A stretch of 64,000 nt of DNA from Candidatus Saccharimonas sp. (GTDB lineage: Bacteria; Patescibacteriota; Saccharimonadia; Saccharimonadales; Saccharimonadaceae). The stretch covers positions 77,112 to 141,111 of the forward strand of contig JAVTWQ010000015.1 in the NCBI GenBank assembly GCA_032229905.1, written 5' to 3'. How positions within the stretch are numbered: the stretch's first letter is position 1; each line of letters begins with the position of its first letter. The translations under genes and the position numbers were made by a program. This document shows positions 35,221 to 44,508 of the stretch, piece after piece. The notes beneath the pieces are model-generated. The model did not search any database, was not told the DNA's origin, and saw nothing but the letters and a program-made list of their open reading frames with translations.

Positions 35221-36321
35221 AATACCCTTAATAACAGTGGTGTCGGTATATCGTTTCATAAATTCTACCTGCCCAGCCTTAGTCTTAGCCCCCATGCTAC
35301 CAATAACCTCTGGCCCAAGCTGTGTCCTATCGGCCAACTTAACATACTTTGGGTAATCGCCAAATAAGCTCCTATAGTGTGGTAGCTCATAGGTAATAGC
35401 CAGGCAGCCACAATACATAGCCTCAGCCAGTGCTATACCCCACCCCTCCTCATAGCTTGGAAAGATAAAGAGCTTTGACTGCTTCATAATGATATACTTT
35501 TCAGCCTCTGAAATGTAGCCTAATAATGTAATATTAGTTAGTTGCTTCTGTATAATTTCTTGTTCAAATGCCCGACGATCCTGCCCGTCGCCTACTATAA
35601 TTATCCGCATCTCAGGGTCGTTATCTTTAAGAAACCTAGCACACTCAATGATATCAAAGATACCTTTTTGTTGCGTTAGGCGACCAACAAATACCGCCTG
35701 GTTTGGATTGCGACCAAATGTACCCTTAGAGAGCTCATCTATCTTATTAGTATCGATACCCGCATGCGCAACATACACCCCCTTCTCTGGGAGCCTCATC
35801 CGTAGGTCATCTCTAAGCAAATCATTACCAACCAAAATGACGTCAAAAAATCTATTGATTAAAGCTAGGGACGCTTTCTGTTCAAAGCGAGCAATGAGAA
35901 ACCTTATGTAAGCCAAGGCGGTTGCCGCTTTACGCTCTGGTAAGATGTGAAATAGTATAACGACACGTTTCTTTGCCTTAGAAAATATAGCCGGCAATAT
36001 GTCATATGCAAAAGGTGACGTTGAGATAACTACATCATATGTATTACGGTCCCTAGCGGCAGCAATCACTCCTTTTGCCGTACGAATCATGTAGCGTAAT
36101 ATGAGACCAAATAGTGATTTTGGCAATTTAGAGTCAAGTACTCTTATGGAATCTATGTTCTGTTGATCTGGATTAATCATTTCAAAGGCACGACCGGTCA
36201 ATATTATGCTAAGACTAGCGGTATCCACACCTATGCATTCTATTAACTTCTTAACATAAACATCACCTCCACTAACTTGCTGAGAAGCCATGCCGTTCCA
36301 TGTTAATAAAACCTTCTTCAT
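35200..36321 (-). CDS. glycosyltransferase family 4
   Basis: EEGWGIALAEAMYCGCLAITY motif. The start is chosen at MKKVLLTW (36321), with GATAAT 7 nt upstream. Confidence 0.7.
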   Translation of the reverse strand: MKKVLLTWNGMASQQVSGGDVYVKKLIECIGVDTASLSIILTGRAFEMINPDQQNIDSIRVLDSKLPKSLFGLILRYMIRTAKGVIAAARDRNTYDVVISTSPFAYDILPAIFSKAKKRVVILFHILPERKAATALAYIRFLIARFEQKASLALINRFFDVILVGNDLLRDDLRMRLPEKGVYVAHAGIDTNKIDELSKGTFGRNPNQAVFVGRLTQQKGIFDIIECARFLKDNDPEMRIIIVGDGQDRRAFEQEIIQKQLTNITLLGYISEAEKYIIMKQSKLFIFPSYEEGWGIALAEAMYCGCLAITYELPHYRSLFGDYPKYVKLADRTQLGPEVIGSMGAKTKAGQVEFMKRYTDTTVIKGILSNINL

Positions 36322-36377
36322 AACTGTTATTATCGCATACACATTACAAAAGCTCCTATATCATTTATACTGTTGCT

Positions 36378-37325
36378 ATGGCTTCAAAAATTGAACTCAT
36401 CAGTATTATTGTTCCCGTATATAACGAGGAGGCAAACTTAGAGTGGCATCACGAGATAATTAGCAAATATTTATCCAAATTAAAAGAAGCTTTTGAAATC
36501 ATTTATATCAACGACGGGAGTAAAGACGGTTCATTAAATATCTTGCGCCAACTTGCAAAATCCGACCCATCCACTCGCTACCTATCGTTCTCTCGCAACT
36601 TCGGCAAAGAAGCTGCAACAACTGCAGGCTTGCACGAAGCAAAAGGTGATGCCGCTATTATGATTGATGCCGACGGCCAGCACCCAATTGAGATGGTCGA
36701 AACATTTATTAAAGAGTGGCAGAACGGCTACGCAACGGTCATCGGGATACGCAAGAACGACGGGCACAATAACACCATAAAGTCCCTAGGTTCAAAGCTT
36801 TTCTATGCAACCCTCCGCACACTTAATTCTAACGAAAGTGCCCAGCATGGCCTTACTGATTTTAGGCTAATAGATCGCAAGATAATCGATGAATACAAAA
36901 AGTTCACAGAGCACAACCGCATTACCAGGAACCTCCTGGATTGGCTTGGCTACTCGCGTAAGCTTGTTCCTTTTGAGACGAAAGAGCGTCACGCAGGCAC
37001 CGCATCTTATTCTTACGGAAAGTTACTAAGGCTTGCTATTGATGGCGTGGTTAAACATTCAACAAAGCCCCTGCAGCTCATTGGCGTAGCCGGAATGATT
37101 GTATCTATCCTTACAGCATTAGTGGGCGGTTTTGTCTTAATTGAACAATACATCCTTAACGACCCTATGCATATCCACTTTAGCGGTACAGCTCTACTGG
37201 CTATATTCCTAAGTTTCATGGTGGGTATAGTCCTTGTATGCCAAGGCCTCCTTGCGCTATATATAGAGAACGTGTATTACGAATCCCAAAACCGCCCACT
37301 CTATGTAATAGAAGAGCAATCCTAA
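36378..37325 (+). CDS. polyprenol-phosphate glycosyltransferase (GT2, GtrB/ArnC/Dpm1-like)
   Basis: SIIVPVYNEE, INDGSKDGS and DADGQHP motifs, plus two C-terminal TM helices. Confidence 0.8.
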   Translation: MASKIELISIIVPVYNEEANLEWHHEIISKYLSKLKEAFEIIYINDGSKDGSLNILRQLAKSDPSTRYLSFSRNFGKEAATTAGLHEAKGDAAIMIDADGQHPIEMVETFIKEWQNGYATVIGIRKNDGHNNTIKSLGSKLFYATLRTLNSNESAQHGLTDFRLIDRKIIDEYKKFTEHNRITRNLLDWLGYSRKLVPFETKERHAGTASYSYGKLLRLAIDGVVKHSTKPLQLIGVAGMIVSILTALVGGFVLIEQYILNDPMHIHFSGTALLAIFLSFMVGIVLVCQGLLALYIENVYYESQNRPLYVIEEQS

Positions 37326-37328
37326 GCT

Positions 37329-38450
37329 ATGAATATTGTCTGGCTGTCGTGGAAAGACAGAGGCCATCCCCTTGCCGGTGGCGCGGAAAAAGTGTCGGGA
37401 GAGATAATGGATCGTCTTGCCGCTGGCGGACATAGCGTCCGGCTTATTACGGCCAAATACAATGGGAGTGCGGCGCATAGCTCGCCTAGTCCAAACTTAG
37501 AAATATTCCGGGCCGGAAACCGCTATAGTGTTTACACAAAGGCGCGTGGCCTATTTAAGCGGCTAGGGCGCGGCTGGGCGGATGTCGTAATAGACGAAAT
37601 GAACACAATCCCTTTTGGAGCTGGACACTATACTAAGAATACAGCTAACATCTTAGTCACCTACCAGTTAGCGCGTGAGGTATGGTTCTATCAAATGCCA
37701 TTCCCCCTCTCCTACGTTGGTTATACACTAGAGCCTTTAATGCTACGCTGGCTATCTAGGGGAGACTATGCCCGTATAGCCACTGAATCGCTCAGTTCTA
37801 AAAAGGACATGGAGCAGTATGGCTTCAAAGGTATTAAAACGTTCCGTGTTGGAATTCCAACAACTCCACTAACTGTTCTTCCCAAAAAGGAGAGCCCCTC
37901 TACAATACTCTCACTTGGCGCCATTAGACCAATGAAAAGGACGCTCGATGCAGTGAAAGCCTTTGAAGTTGCCTATAGAAATAACCCTAGGCTTGAAATG
38001 GTTATCGCTGGAGATGCATCATCGGGTTACGCAAAAAAGGTTATTAACTACATCAACCGTTCAGATTGTGCTAAAGCTATTACAGTACTAGGACGCGTTA
38101 CTGATGAAAAACGCTCCGAGCTTATGAAGTCAGCTGCCGTAATATTAGTCACCTCCATTAAAGAGGGCTGGGGCCTTATAGTAACAGAGGCCAATAGCCA
38201 GGGTACGCCAGCTATTGTATACAACGTTGATGGTCTGCGCGATAGCGTAGTGGCCGATAAAACAGGCCTAGTCGTTCCAAATAAAGATTACTATGCAATG
38301 GGTGAAGCAATCAATAGGCTACTTAGTGATCAGCCTACCTATACTGCCTACCGCGAGAACGCTTGGCAAATGAGTAAGGAATACACGTTTGATAATAGTT
38401 ACTTGGATTTTTTGAGAATTATCAATGAGGCAACCAGTCTAAAGAAATGA
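37329..38450 (+). CDS. glycosyltransferase family 4
   Basis: KEGWGLIVTEANSQGTPAIVYN motif. Confidence 0.7.
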   Translation: MNIVWLSWKDRGHPLAGGAEKVSGEIMDRLAAGGHSVRLITAKYNGSAAHSSPSPNLEIFRAGNRYSVYTKARGLFKRLGRGWADVVIDEMNTIPFGAGHYTKNTANILVTYQLAREVWFYQMPFPLSYVGYTLEPLMLRWLSRGDYARIATESLSSKKDMEQYGFKGIKTFRVGIPTTPLTVLPKKESPSTILSLGAIRPMKRTLDAVKAFEVAYRNNPRLEMVIAGDASSGYAKKVINYINRSDCAKAITVLGRVTDEKRSELMKSAAVILVTSIKEGWGLIVTEANSQGTPAIVYNVDGLRDSVVADKTGLVVPNKDYYAMGEAINRLLSDQPTYTAYRENAWQMSKEYTFDNSYLDFLRIINEATSLKK

Positions 38451-38637
38451 CTTAAGCTAGCCCCCGAAAATATATTTTTGAGGCTATAGTGACGCCATCT
38501 TGTTTGGTAAATATTGGCATGCCATGCCTTAGCGGGAATTCGCCAGTTATGTTATTTGATATGATTATATGGCTTTTTTATTGTGTTTATATAAAGTTTA
38601 TGATTAAATGGCTATATAATTATAAGTCGAGTACTAA

Positions 38638-39213
38638 ATGCAAATCAACAGAGATAATAAACAAAAACGACGACGCGTTATAACTATACTGGTTATTGTG
38701 TTCATTATCACCCTGGCGGCAGTGTCGGCCCATCTATTATTAGGGCGCTACTTTAATAAAAAAACCGCTACAACATCTGAGTCCCCCTCTACAGCTACAG
38801 GCTCACAAAATACCGGCAGCACCTCCAACTCATCAGGGCCGGTAAATTCATCAACTTCTACCACTAATACGGCCGAAACTCCTACCGTTGATACATCCGT
38901 TACACCCACTGCCCCATCTGGTACATTTGTAAGCAATCATCACCCGAACCTTAGCGCAACTGGTGCAGCTGGAGTCATCACCTCAACCTGCTCAACTACA
39001 CCTGGGGCTTCTTGCCTGATACAGTTTACTAGCGGTGGCAAAACTGTATCTTTGCCGTCTCAAAAAGCTGATTCTAACGGCAATACATACTGGACATGGA
39101 CGCTCCAGCAGGTTGGCGCGACGTCCGGTACCTGGAAGATCTCTGCTGTAGCAGTGAACGGAACTAAAACCAGCACCACAAACGATTCGCTGGATCTGGT
39201 GGTATCACAATAA
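38638..39213 (+). CDS. membrane-anchored Ser/Thr-rich protein
   Basis: N-terminal TM (VITILVIVFIITLAAVSAHLLL), an S/T-rich linker, and a roughly 90-aa C-terminal domain. The stop overlaps the next start (TAATG). Confidence 0.5.
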   Translation: MQINRDNKQKRRRVITILVIVFIITLAAVSAHLLLGRYFNKKTATTSESPSTATGSQNTGSTSNSSGPVNSSTSTTNTAETPTVDTSVTPTAPSGTFVSNHHPNLSATGAAGVITSTCSTTPGASCLIQFTSGGKTVSLPSQKADSNGNTYWTWTLQQVGATSGTWKISAVAVNGTKTSTTNDSLDLVVSQ

Positions 39214-41171
39214 TGAAGCGACTACATTTATCCAAGGTTACCACTATCGTTGCTAGTATGTGCCTACTGGTTCTTAGCAGCGCTATTGATCATACACCGG
39301 CCACGGCGGCAACAGACAACGGCTACCTGATCGACGATGCAATCTACTACAACACCTCATCAATGACAGTAGGCCAGATCCAAGATCTTATTAACAGGTT
39401 CCCAAAAAGCTGCTTATTGCCCTCCAACTACCCAGGCGGGCTCAGCTGGGCAACCTTCCGGGAACCAGCCGGATACTTCGACTACGGCAGCGTAGATGTC
39501 TCACCGGCCCAAATCATCTGGAAGGCCTCTCAACTTTATAGTATTAACCCACAAGTTATCCTTGCGACCCTAGAAAAGGAGCAGGCCCTGGTCAGCGGTA
39601 ATACTGTATACGGGGGCTGCGTACCTACGGCCTATAACTCGGCCATGGGCTATAACTGTCCTGATGGAAGCGAGAATAGTCTAAAGGATTACCCAGATTT
39701 AGGTGTAACTAAAACCTGTGTAGCTAAAGAATCAAATGTTACATTCTCCCGCCAGGTGAATCACGCCGCCTGGCAGCTGAGCTTTGACGGCAAACGAGCT
39801 AATGGCAACCTAGCTTGGATGGGAGATGGTGCTACTTATTATTATGGGCGCATGACGGCCGGCATAAGAGCCCGTGTCGCCGGTGGCACCGAGTCAATGT
39901 ACGATGGCTATACGACTATAGACGGTACTACTGTTTTCCTAAAGAATGGCGCTACGGCCGCCCTATATAACTACACCCCTCACTTCAATAGCTTCGCTAC
40001 TATATTCTCTAACTGGTTTGGATCAACCACTACATCGATTCCCTACGCTTGGCAGTATGTAAGTCAGGCCGCGTATCTAGACGCGGGTTATACGCAAAAG
40101 ATTAACTACGGTGATGTATCGGTACAGCCTGGGCAAACTATATATATTGAGATAGTAGCTAAGAATGTTGGCTACAAAGACTGGGACGCAAATACACACA
40201 TAGGCACATCCCACTCAAATGACCGCTCTAGTATATTTGCTAACTCAAGCTGGCTAGGAGCTCAAAGACCAGCCGGAATTATGAATCAGCTACCCGTCAC
40301 ACCGAGTAACAATGGCACCTTTAGGTTCTCTATAACTGCCCCAAGCTCAAAAAAATCATTTAGGGAGTACTTCAGCCTCGTCCAAGACGGCGCAATGTGG
40401 ATGAATGACCCAGGACTATATTTTAACTTTAATGTAACATCCACAGCAACAAACCGTTCTACCAACCGGTCGACACTTGGAGTAAATGAGTTACTAAAAG
40501 CAGGTCAGTACCTGTTATCTGATGATACAAATACCGCCCTGTACATGTCGCCCGCCGGTAACCTAGTGCTGATGAATAACATGCTAGCTGTCTGGTCAAG
40601 CGGTACATCGGGTAATCCTGGCAGCTATGCAGTGCTCCAGTCCGACGGCAACTTTGTGGTGTACTCAAAGAACAATCAACCACTGTGGAGCAGTGGAGTA
40701 CTAACAACCACACAAGGCAATACCCTGTCGCTCAAGCTGCAGTCTGATGCAAATCTCGTGCTATTACAGTCAGGTATCGCTAGGTGGAGTACCAAAACTA
40801 ATACCGTCCAAGATCAGTTAAGTGTTGTAAACACGGCTATTATCCAAGGCGGGATGATGCTCCCCGGCCAGAGTATCCAAACTGCAGATCGCACCCGTAC
40901 ACTAGTACTGCAGAGTGACGGTAATCTGGTTCTATATAATGCCTCAGGAATACCGCTATGGAACACTGGTACTAATGGCAAATCAACTGCATTCGCTATA
41001 ATGCAGACCGATGGCAACCTAGTGATCTATGATACCAGTTATAGGCCCCTCTGGAGTAGCCAAACCGATGGACGTGGCATGTCATACCTAAGACTACAGG
41101 ATGATTCTAACCTAGTTATCTACAACCTTAGCGCTCGCCCTACATGGGCAACCATGACAGATGGCAAATAG
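39213..41171 (+). CDS. secreted protein with two tandem C-terminal bulb-type (monocot mannose-binding) lectin domains
   Basis: Signal peptide. The C-terminal roughly 230 aa contain four intact QxDxNxVxY motifs (LQSDGNFVVY, LQSDGNLVLY, MQTDGNLVIY, LQDDSNLVIY) and two degenerate ones (SPAGNLVLM, LQSDANLVLL). Confidence 0.8.
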   Translation: MKRLHLSKVTTIVASMCLLVLSSAIDHTPATAATDNGYLIDDAIYYNTSSMTVGQIQDLINRFPKSCLLPSNYPGGLSWATFREPAGYFDYGSVDVSPAQIIWKASQLYSINPQVILATLEKEQALVSGNTVYGGCVPTAYNSAMGYNCPDGSENSLKDYPDLGVTKTCVAKESNVTFSRQVNHAAWQLSFDGKRANGNLAWMGDGATYYYGRMTAGIRARVAGGTESMYDGYTTIDGTTVFLKNGATAALYNYTPHFNSFATIFSNWFGSTTTSIPYAWQYVSQAAYLDAGYTQKINYGDVSVQPGQTIYIEIVAKNVGYKDWDANTHIGTSHSNDRSSIFANSSWLGAQRPAGIMNQLPVTPSNNGTFRFSITAPSSKKSFREYFSLVQDGAMWMNDPGLYFNFNVTSTATNRSTNRSTLGVNELLKAGQYLLSDDTNTALYMSPAGNLVLMNNMLAVWSSGTSGNPGSYAVLQSDGNFVVYSKNNQPLWSSGVLTTTQGNTLSLKLQSDANLVLLQSGIARWSTKTNTVQDQLSVVNTAIIQGGMMLPGQSIQTADRTRTLVLQSDGNLVLYNASGIPLWNTGTNGKSTAFAIMQTDGNLVIYDTSYRPLWSSQTDGRGMSYLRLQDDSNLVIYNLSARPTWATMTDGK

Positions 41172-41196
41172 CCCTACACTAGTGTAAAATATCTCT

Positions 41197-42354
41197 ATGG
41201 CAAAAAAAATAAAGATATTTGTTGATGGTGAAGTCCTTGTCGCGCCCCACTTTAGTGGGATTGGCCACTATACCCTAGGCCTACTCAAAGCACTTGATGA
41301 TTTAATTACAGATAAACCGAATGTGGTTGTTGAACTTGGAGTATATTTTAAGAGAACACCCGAAATTCGAAAGTTTGGATTTAATAACTTCAGAATACGC
41401 AAAACATATCTTCCACTCCGCATAACAAACAAGCTAAAGATTGAGGGGATACAATTTTACTATGACTTATTGTTTGGTAAGCGAATATATCTGTTCCCAA
41501 ACTATACATCATGGCCCCTGCTACGCTCAAAATCTATACCTATAGTATACGACCTATCGTTTGAGTATTTTCCTCACTACGTTGAACCCAATAATCAAAA
41601 GTTCTTGAGCGCAAATGTGAGAAAAAGTGTCGAGTGGGCTAGCCGAGTTGTAACCATCTCAAAGAATAGTCAAGAAGAGATCTCCGAATTCTATAAATTT
41701 CCAAAAGATAAAATCCAAATAATATATCCTGGAATTGATCAATCTGTATACTTCAGATACCCTAGCGATGCTGTAGCTAAAGTTAAGGCTAAATATGCAA
41801 TACACGGTAAATATATCTTATTTGTTGGTAATATTGAGCCTAGAAAAAACCTAAAAAATCTACTATTAGCTTATGAAAAACTACCTATTAAAATTCGTAA
41901 TGAATACTCCCTACTACTTGTAGGAGCCCGTGGCTGGCTTGATGACGAAATTTTTGCAATCATAGAGCGACTGCGTATTGCCGGTAGTATAATCCAGCAA
42001 CCCCAAGGCTATGTTCATGACGAAGACATAGCTGCAATATACAGCGGGGCCAGCTTATTTGTATATCCTAGCCAGTATGAAGGCTTTGGTATCCCCCCTG
42101 TTGAGGCCATGGCGTGCGGAGTGCCCGTAATAACAAGTGACAACTCCTCGCTCCCAGAAGCGGTTGGTAAAGCGGCGATTACTGTTCCAGCTGACTCAGT
42201 AACTAAGCTGTCCAGTGCGATCCATAATGTAATTGAGGATGAAAAGCTACAGAAGACTATGATCGAGAACGGCTATAAGCAGGCCGATAAGTATCGCTGG
42301 TACCCTGAAGCTATGAAGCTGCTAGATTTATTCACGAAGGTATCGGATGAGTAA
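41197..42354 (+). CDS. glycosyltransferase family 4
   Basis: YEGFGIPPVEAMACGVPVITS motif. Confidence 0.75.
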   Translation: MAKKIKIFVDGEVLVAPHFSGIGHYTLGLLKALDDLITDKPNVVVELGVYFKRTPEIRKFGFNNFRIRKTYLPLRITNKLKIEGIQFYYDLLFGKRIYLFPNYTSWPLLRSKSIPIVYDLSFEYFPHYVEPNNQKFLSANVRKSVEWASRVVTISKNSQEEISEFYKFPKDKIQIIYPGIDQSVYFRYPSDAVAKVKAKYAIHGKYILFVGNIEPRKNLKNLLLAYEKLPIKIRNEYSLLLVGARGWLDDEIFAIIERLRIAGSIIQQPQGYVHDEDIAAIYSGASLFVYPSQYEGFGIPPVEAMACGVPVITSDNSSLPEAVGKAAITVPADSVTKLSSAIHNVIEDEKLQKTMIENGYKQADKYRWYPEAMKLLDLFTKVSDE

Positions 42355-43570
42355 AGCTCTGAAAATCTGCTTTGATCTTAGGCCTTTGCAGATAGGTCAC
42401 GAAAACCGTGGAATCGGTATGCACATTAAGAGTGTCCTATCAAATTTACCTAGCGATGAATCTTATGAGTACATTTTCTACCATTTTGAGGACAATAACC
42501 CAATGGAGAACCTTAATATAGTCGCCGGAGCATCATATACGTCAATTACGACCCCGCGACTCGCAACTCAAGTTAGTGGAGTGTCAACCATAGTTGATAT
42601 TCTTAAACTTACATCACATAGTTTTAAAGAATTACGTGGACAGAATATCAATACATTCGTACAGTTTGACTTCATGCTTGGTATACCGAAAATCAAAGGC
42701 ATGGAAACTGTTATTATTGGCTATGACCTTATACCCCTAATCTTCAAAAATGTTTATATGCCAAACATACCACAGGCACTAGGGCATGCTACTGGCAAAA
42801 AGGCAAAGATAAGGGCGGCCCTAAGGTCTGTCTACTACCAAATTCGCTATAAGTTGAGTTACTCGGTTTTTAAACGGGCAGATAAGATACTATCGATTTC
42901 AGACTCAACAAGGCAATCGTTTATCTCATTGCTCGGTGTCAGCCCAGATAAAGTGACCACCATCCCCCTCGCGCCGGTTGCACTATCAAGTGGAATAGAC
43001 AATTCTATAATAAAGGCGATCTCTGATAAGCCATACATCATGTATATAGGCGGCACAGATTTCCGTAAGCGCATTGAAGATGTGGTCTACATATACAACA
43101 TTGTCAAAGGGCGAGGAAATAACGTATCCTTAGTTCTTGCTGGCAACGAATTTACAGACGTAGAAACTATTCCTTCCGTTATCGGTCGAAGCGCAATAAA
43201 AAACAGCCCCTATCGTGATGATATTCATCTTATGGGATTTGTTACTGATCAGGAAAAGAATGCGCTGTTTCAAAATGCTGCCTGCTTTGTGTTCCCAAGT
43301 ATTTACGAAGGATTTGGGCTTCCGGTACTAGAAGCGATGCTCGCTCCTTGCCCCGTGGTGTGTTATAACAATTCCTCCATACCAGAAAGCTCGGGCGGCC
43401 TAGCCACTATGGTCGATAGCCGAGACTTTACTACAGCGGCAAACTCTGTTATTTCTAAACTTAAAATGGACAAAGCCGAAAAAAGTAAGAGCCTTGAAGA
43501 CGGAAAGCTGTATGCAGAAAGCCTCTCTTGGAGCGCTTATGTTAACACATTAATTAATGAATTGTCTTAG
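42347..43570 (+). CDS. glycosyltransferase family 4
   Basis: YEGFGLPVLEAMLAPCPVVCYN motif. Overlaps the previous gene by 8 nt. Confidence 0.7.
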   Translation: MSKALKICFDLRPLQIGHENRGIGMHIKSVLSNLPSDESYEYIFYHFEDNNPMENLNIVAGASYTSITTPRLATQVSGVSTIVDILKLTSHSFKELRGQNINTFVQFDFMLGIPKIKGMETVIIGYDLIPLIFKNVYMPNIPQALGHATGKKAKIRAALRSVYYQIRYKLSYSVFKRADKILSISDSTRQSFISLLGVSPDKVTTIPLAPVALSSGIDNSIIKAISDKPYIMYIGGTDFRKRIEDVVYIYNIVKGRGNNVSLVLAGNEFTDVETIPSVIGRSAIKNSPYRDDIHLMGFVTDQEKNALFQNAACFVFPSIYEGFGLPVLEAMLAPCPVVCYNNSSIPESSGGLATMVDSRDFTTAANSVISKLKMDKAEKSKSLEDGKLYAESLSWSAYVNTLINELS

Positions 43571-43632
43571 AATCTAAAGAATGCGCGTTGGTCCCAGTTT
43601 AAACATTATGCTTTATGGCCATAAACCAAGCC

Positions 43633-44508
43633 CTAGGGCTTGTGTCTCTTTACGTTAACCCAATCAATAAATATTGAGTTTAGGGCCAGCTTAATCCTTG
43701 ACCTTAGCGGCCTTCCAACATAGCTAGTAGCTTGTAGTTCGTGTATAATAGCATCTTTCTCTACTATGCTGTTGGCTGCCTTACTCAGCCGTCCATCAAG
43801 CTCCCTCAGTCTATTCATTTGCTCCCTGAAAACATCATGCTGGTCTTTCCTCAAAAAACTTGCCCTAACCTTAACGGCCCGCTCGGCAAAGTCGGCTGTA
43901 AGGCTATCCCAGCGCTCCTGCGCGACGTAATATTCATTCAAACCATCTGCTATAAACAGCTTGTAGCCGGCCTGGTTGAGTAGGGGCCTCCAGTCCTTAC
44001 TTACATGATTTGATTCTATGCATACGATATATGGCCTATACTTGTCCCATTTGTTGCTGGAAACTACATCATACTCAAGGCCTTCTACATCAATCTTTAA
44101 AAAGTGTATTGTTGTAACCTTGTATCTTTTGAAAATGTCGCTAAGTGGTTCGGTTTGTATTTCATACTCAGTAAGCGCAGGTGCAGGCTCCCCCTCTGCA
44201 ACTTCTTTGGAGAATGTTGAGTGACCGTGACTCTCAAATTCTCTAAATAGAAGAGTTTGCCTCTTTCGGCTTACCCCAATATTCAAATTAATATCACGTT
44301 TTCGTTTTTTCTCTAAATCATTAAATAGCCGCGGAATTGGCTCTATATTTATCCCACTCCAGCCATTCTTATAAAAATATTTGGTAACTGAGTCTCTAGA
44401 CTCATAGTTTGCGCCTACGTCAACATAAAACCCATGAGTAACCTCATTGAGTAACGCCGACAGTAGGATGTCTTCTCCATACTGGGCGTAGCTTACTTTC
44501 TCAGTCAT
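43633..44508 (-). CDS. FkbM-family methyltransferase with a C-terminal coiled-coil extension
   Basis: YVDVGANYESRDSVTKYF SAM-binding-type motif of the FkbM family. The last roughly 90 aa are heptad-like and charged (VFREQMNRLRELDGRLSKAANSIVEKDAIIHELQ). The start overlaps the wzt stop by 8 nt. Confidence 0.65.
   Translation of the reverse strand: MTEKVSYAQYGEDILLSALLNEVTHGFYVDVGANYESRDSVTKYFYKNGWSGINIEPIPRLFNDLEKKRKRDINLNIGVSRKRQTLLFREFESHGHSTFSKEVAEGEPAPALTEYEIQTEPLSDIFKRYKVTTIHFLKIDVEGLEYDVVSSNKWDKYRPYIVCIESNHVSKDWRPLLNQAGYKLFIADGLNEYYVAQERWDSLTADFAERAVKVRASFLRKDQHDVFREQMNRLRELDGRLSKAANSIVEKDAIIHELQATSYVGRPLRSRIKLALNSIFIDWVNVKRHKP

Noticed and set aside
38489-38683. 64-aa ORF in the 38.45-38.64 kb spacer
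   Set aside because: Its composition is hydrophobic and AT-driven, it has no RBS or -10 context, and it overlaps the start of the 38638 gene in another frame. The spacer more likely holds the promoter of the 38638-41171 pair.
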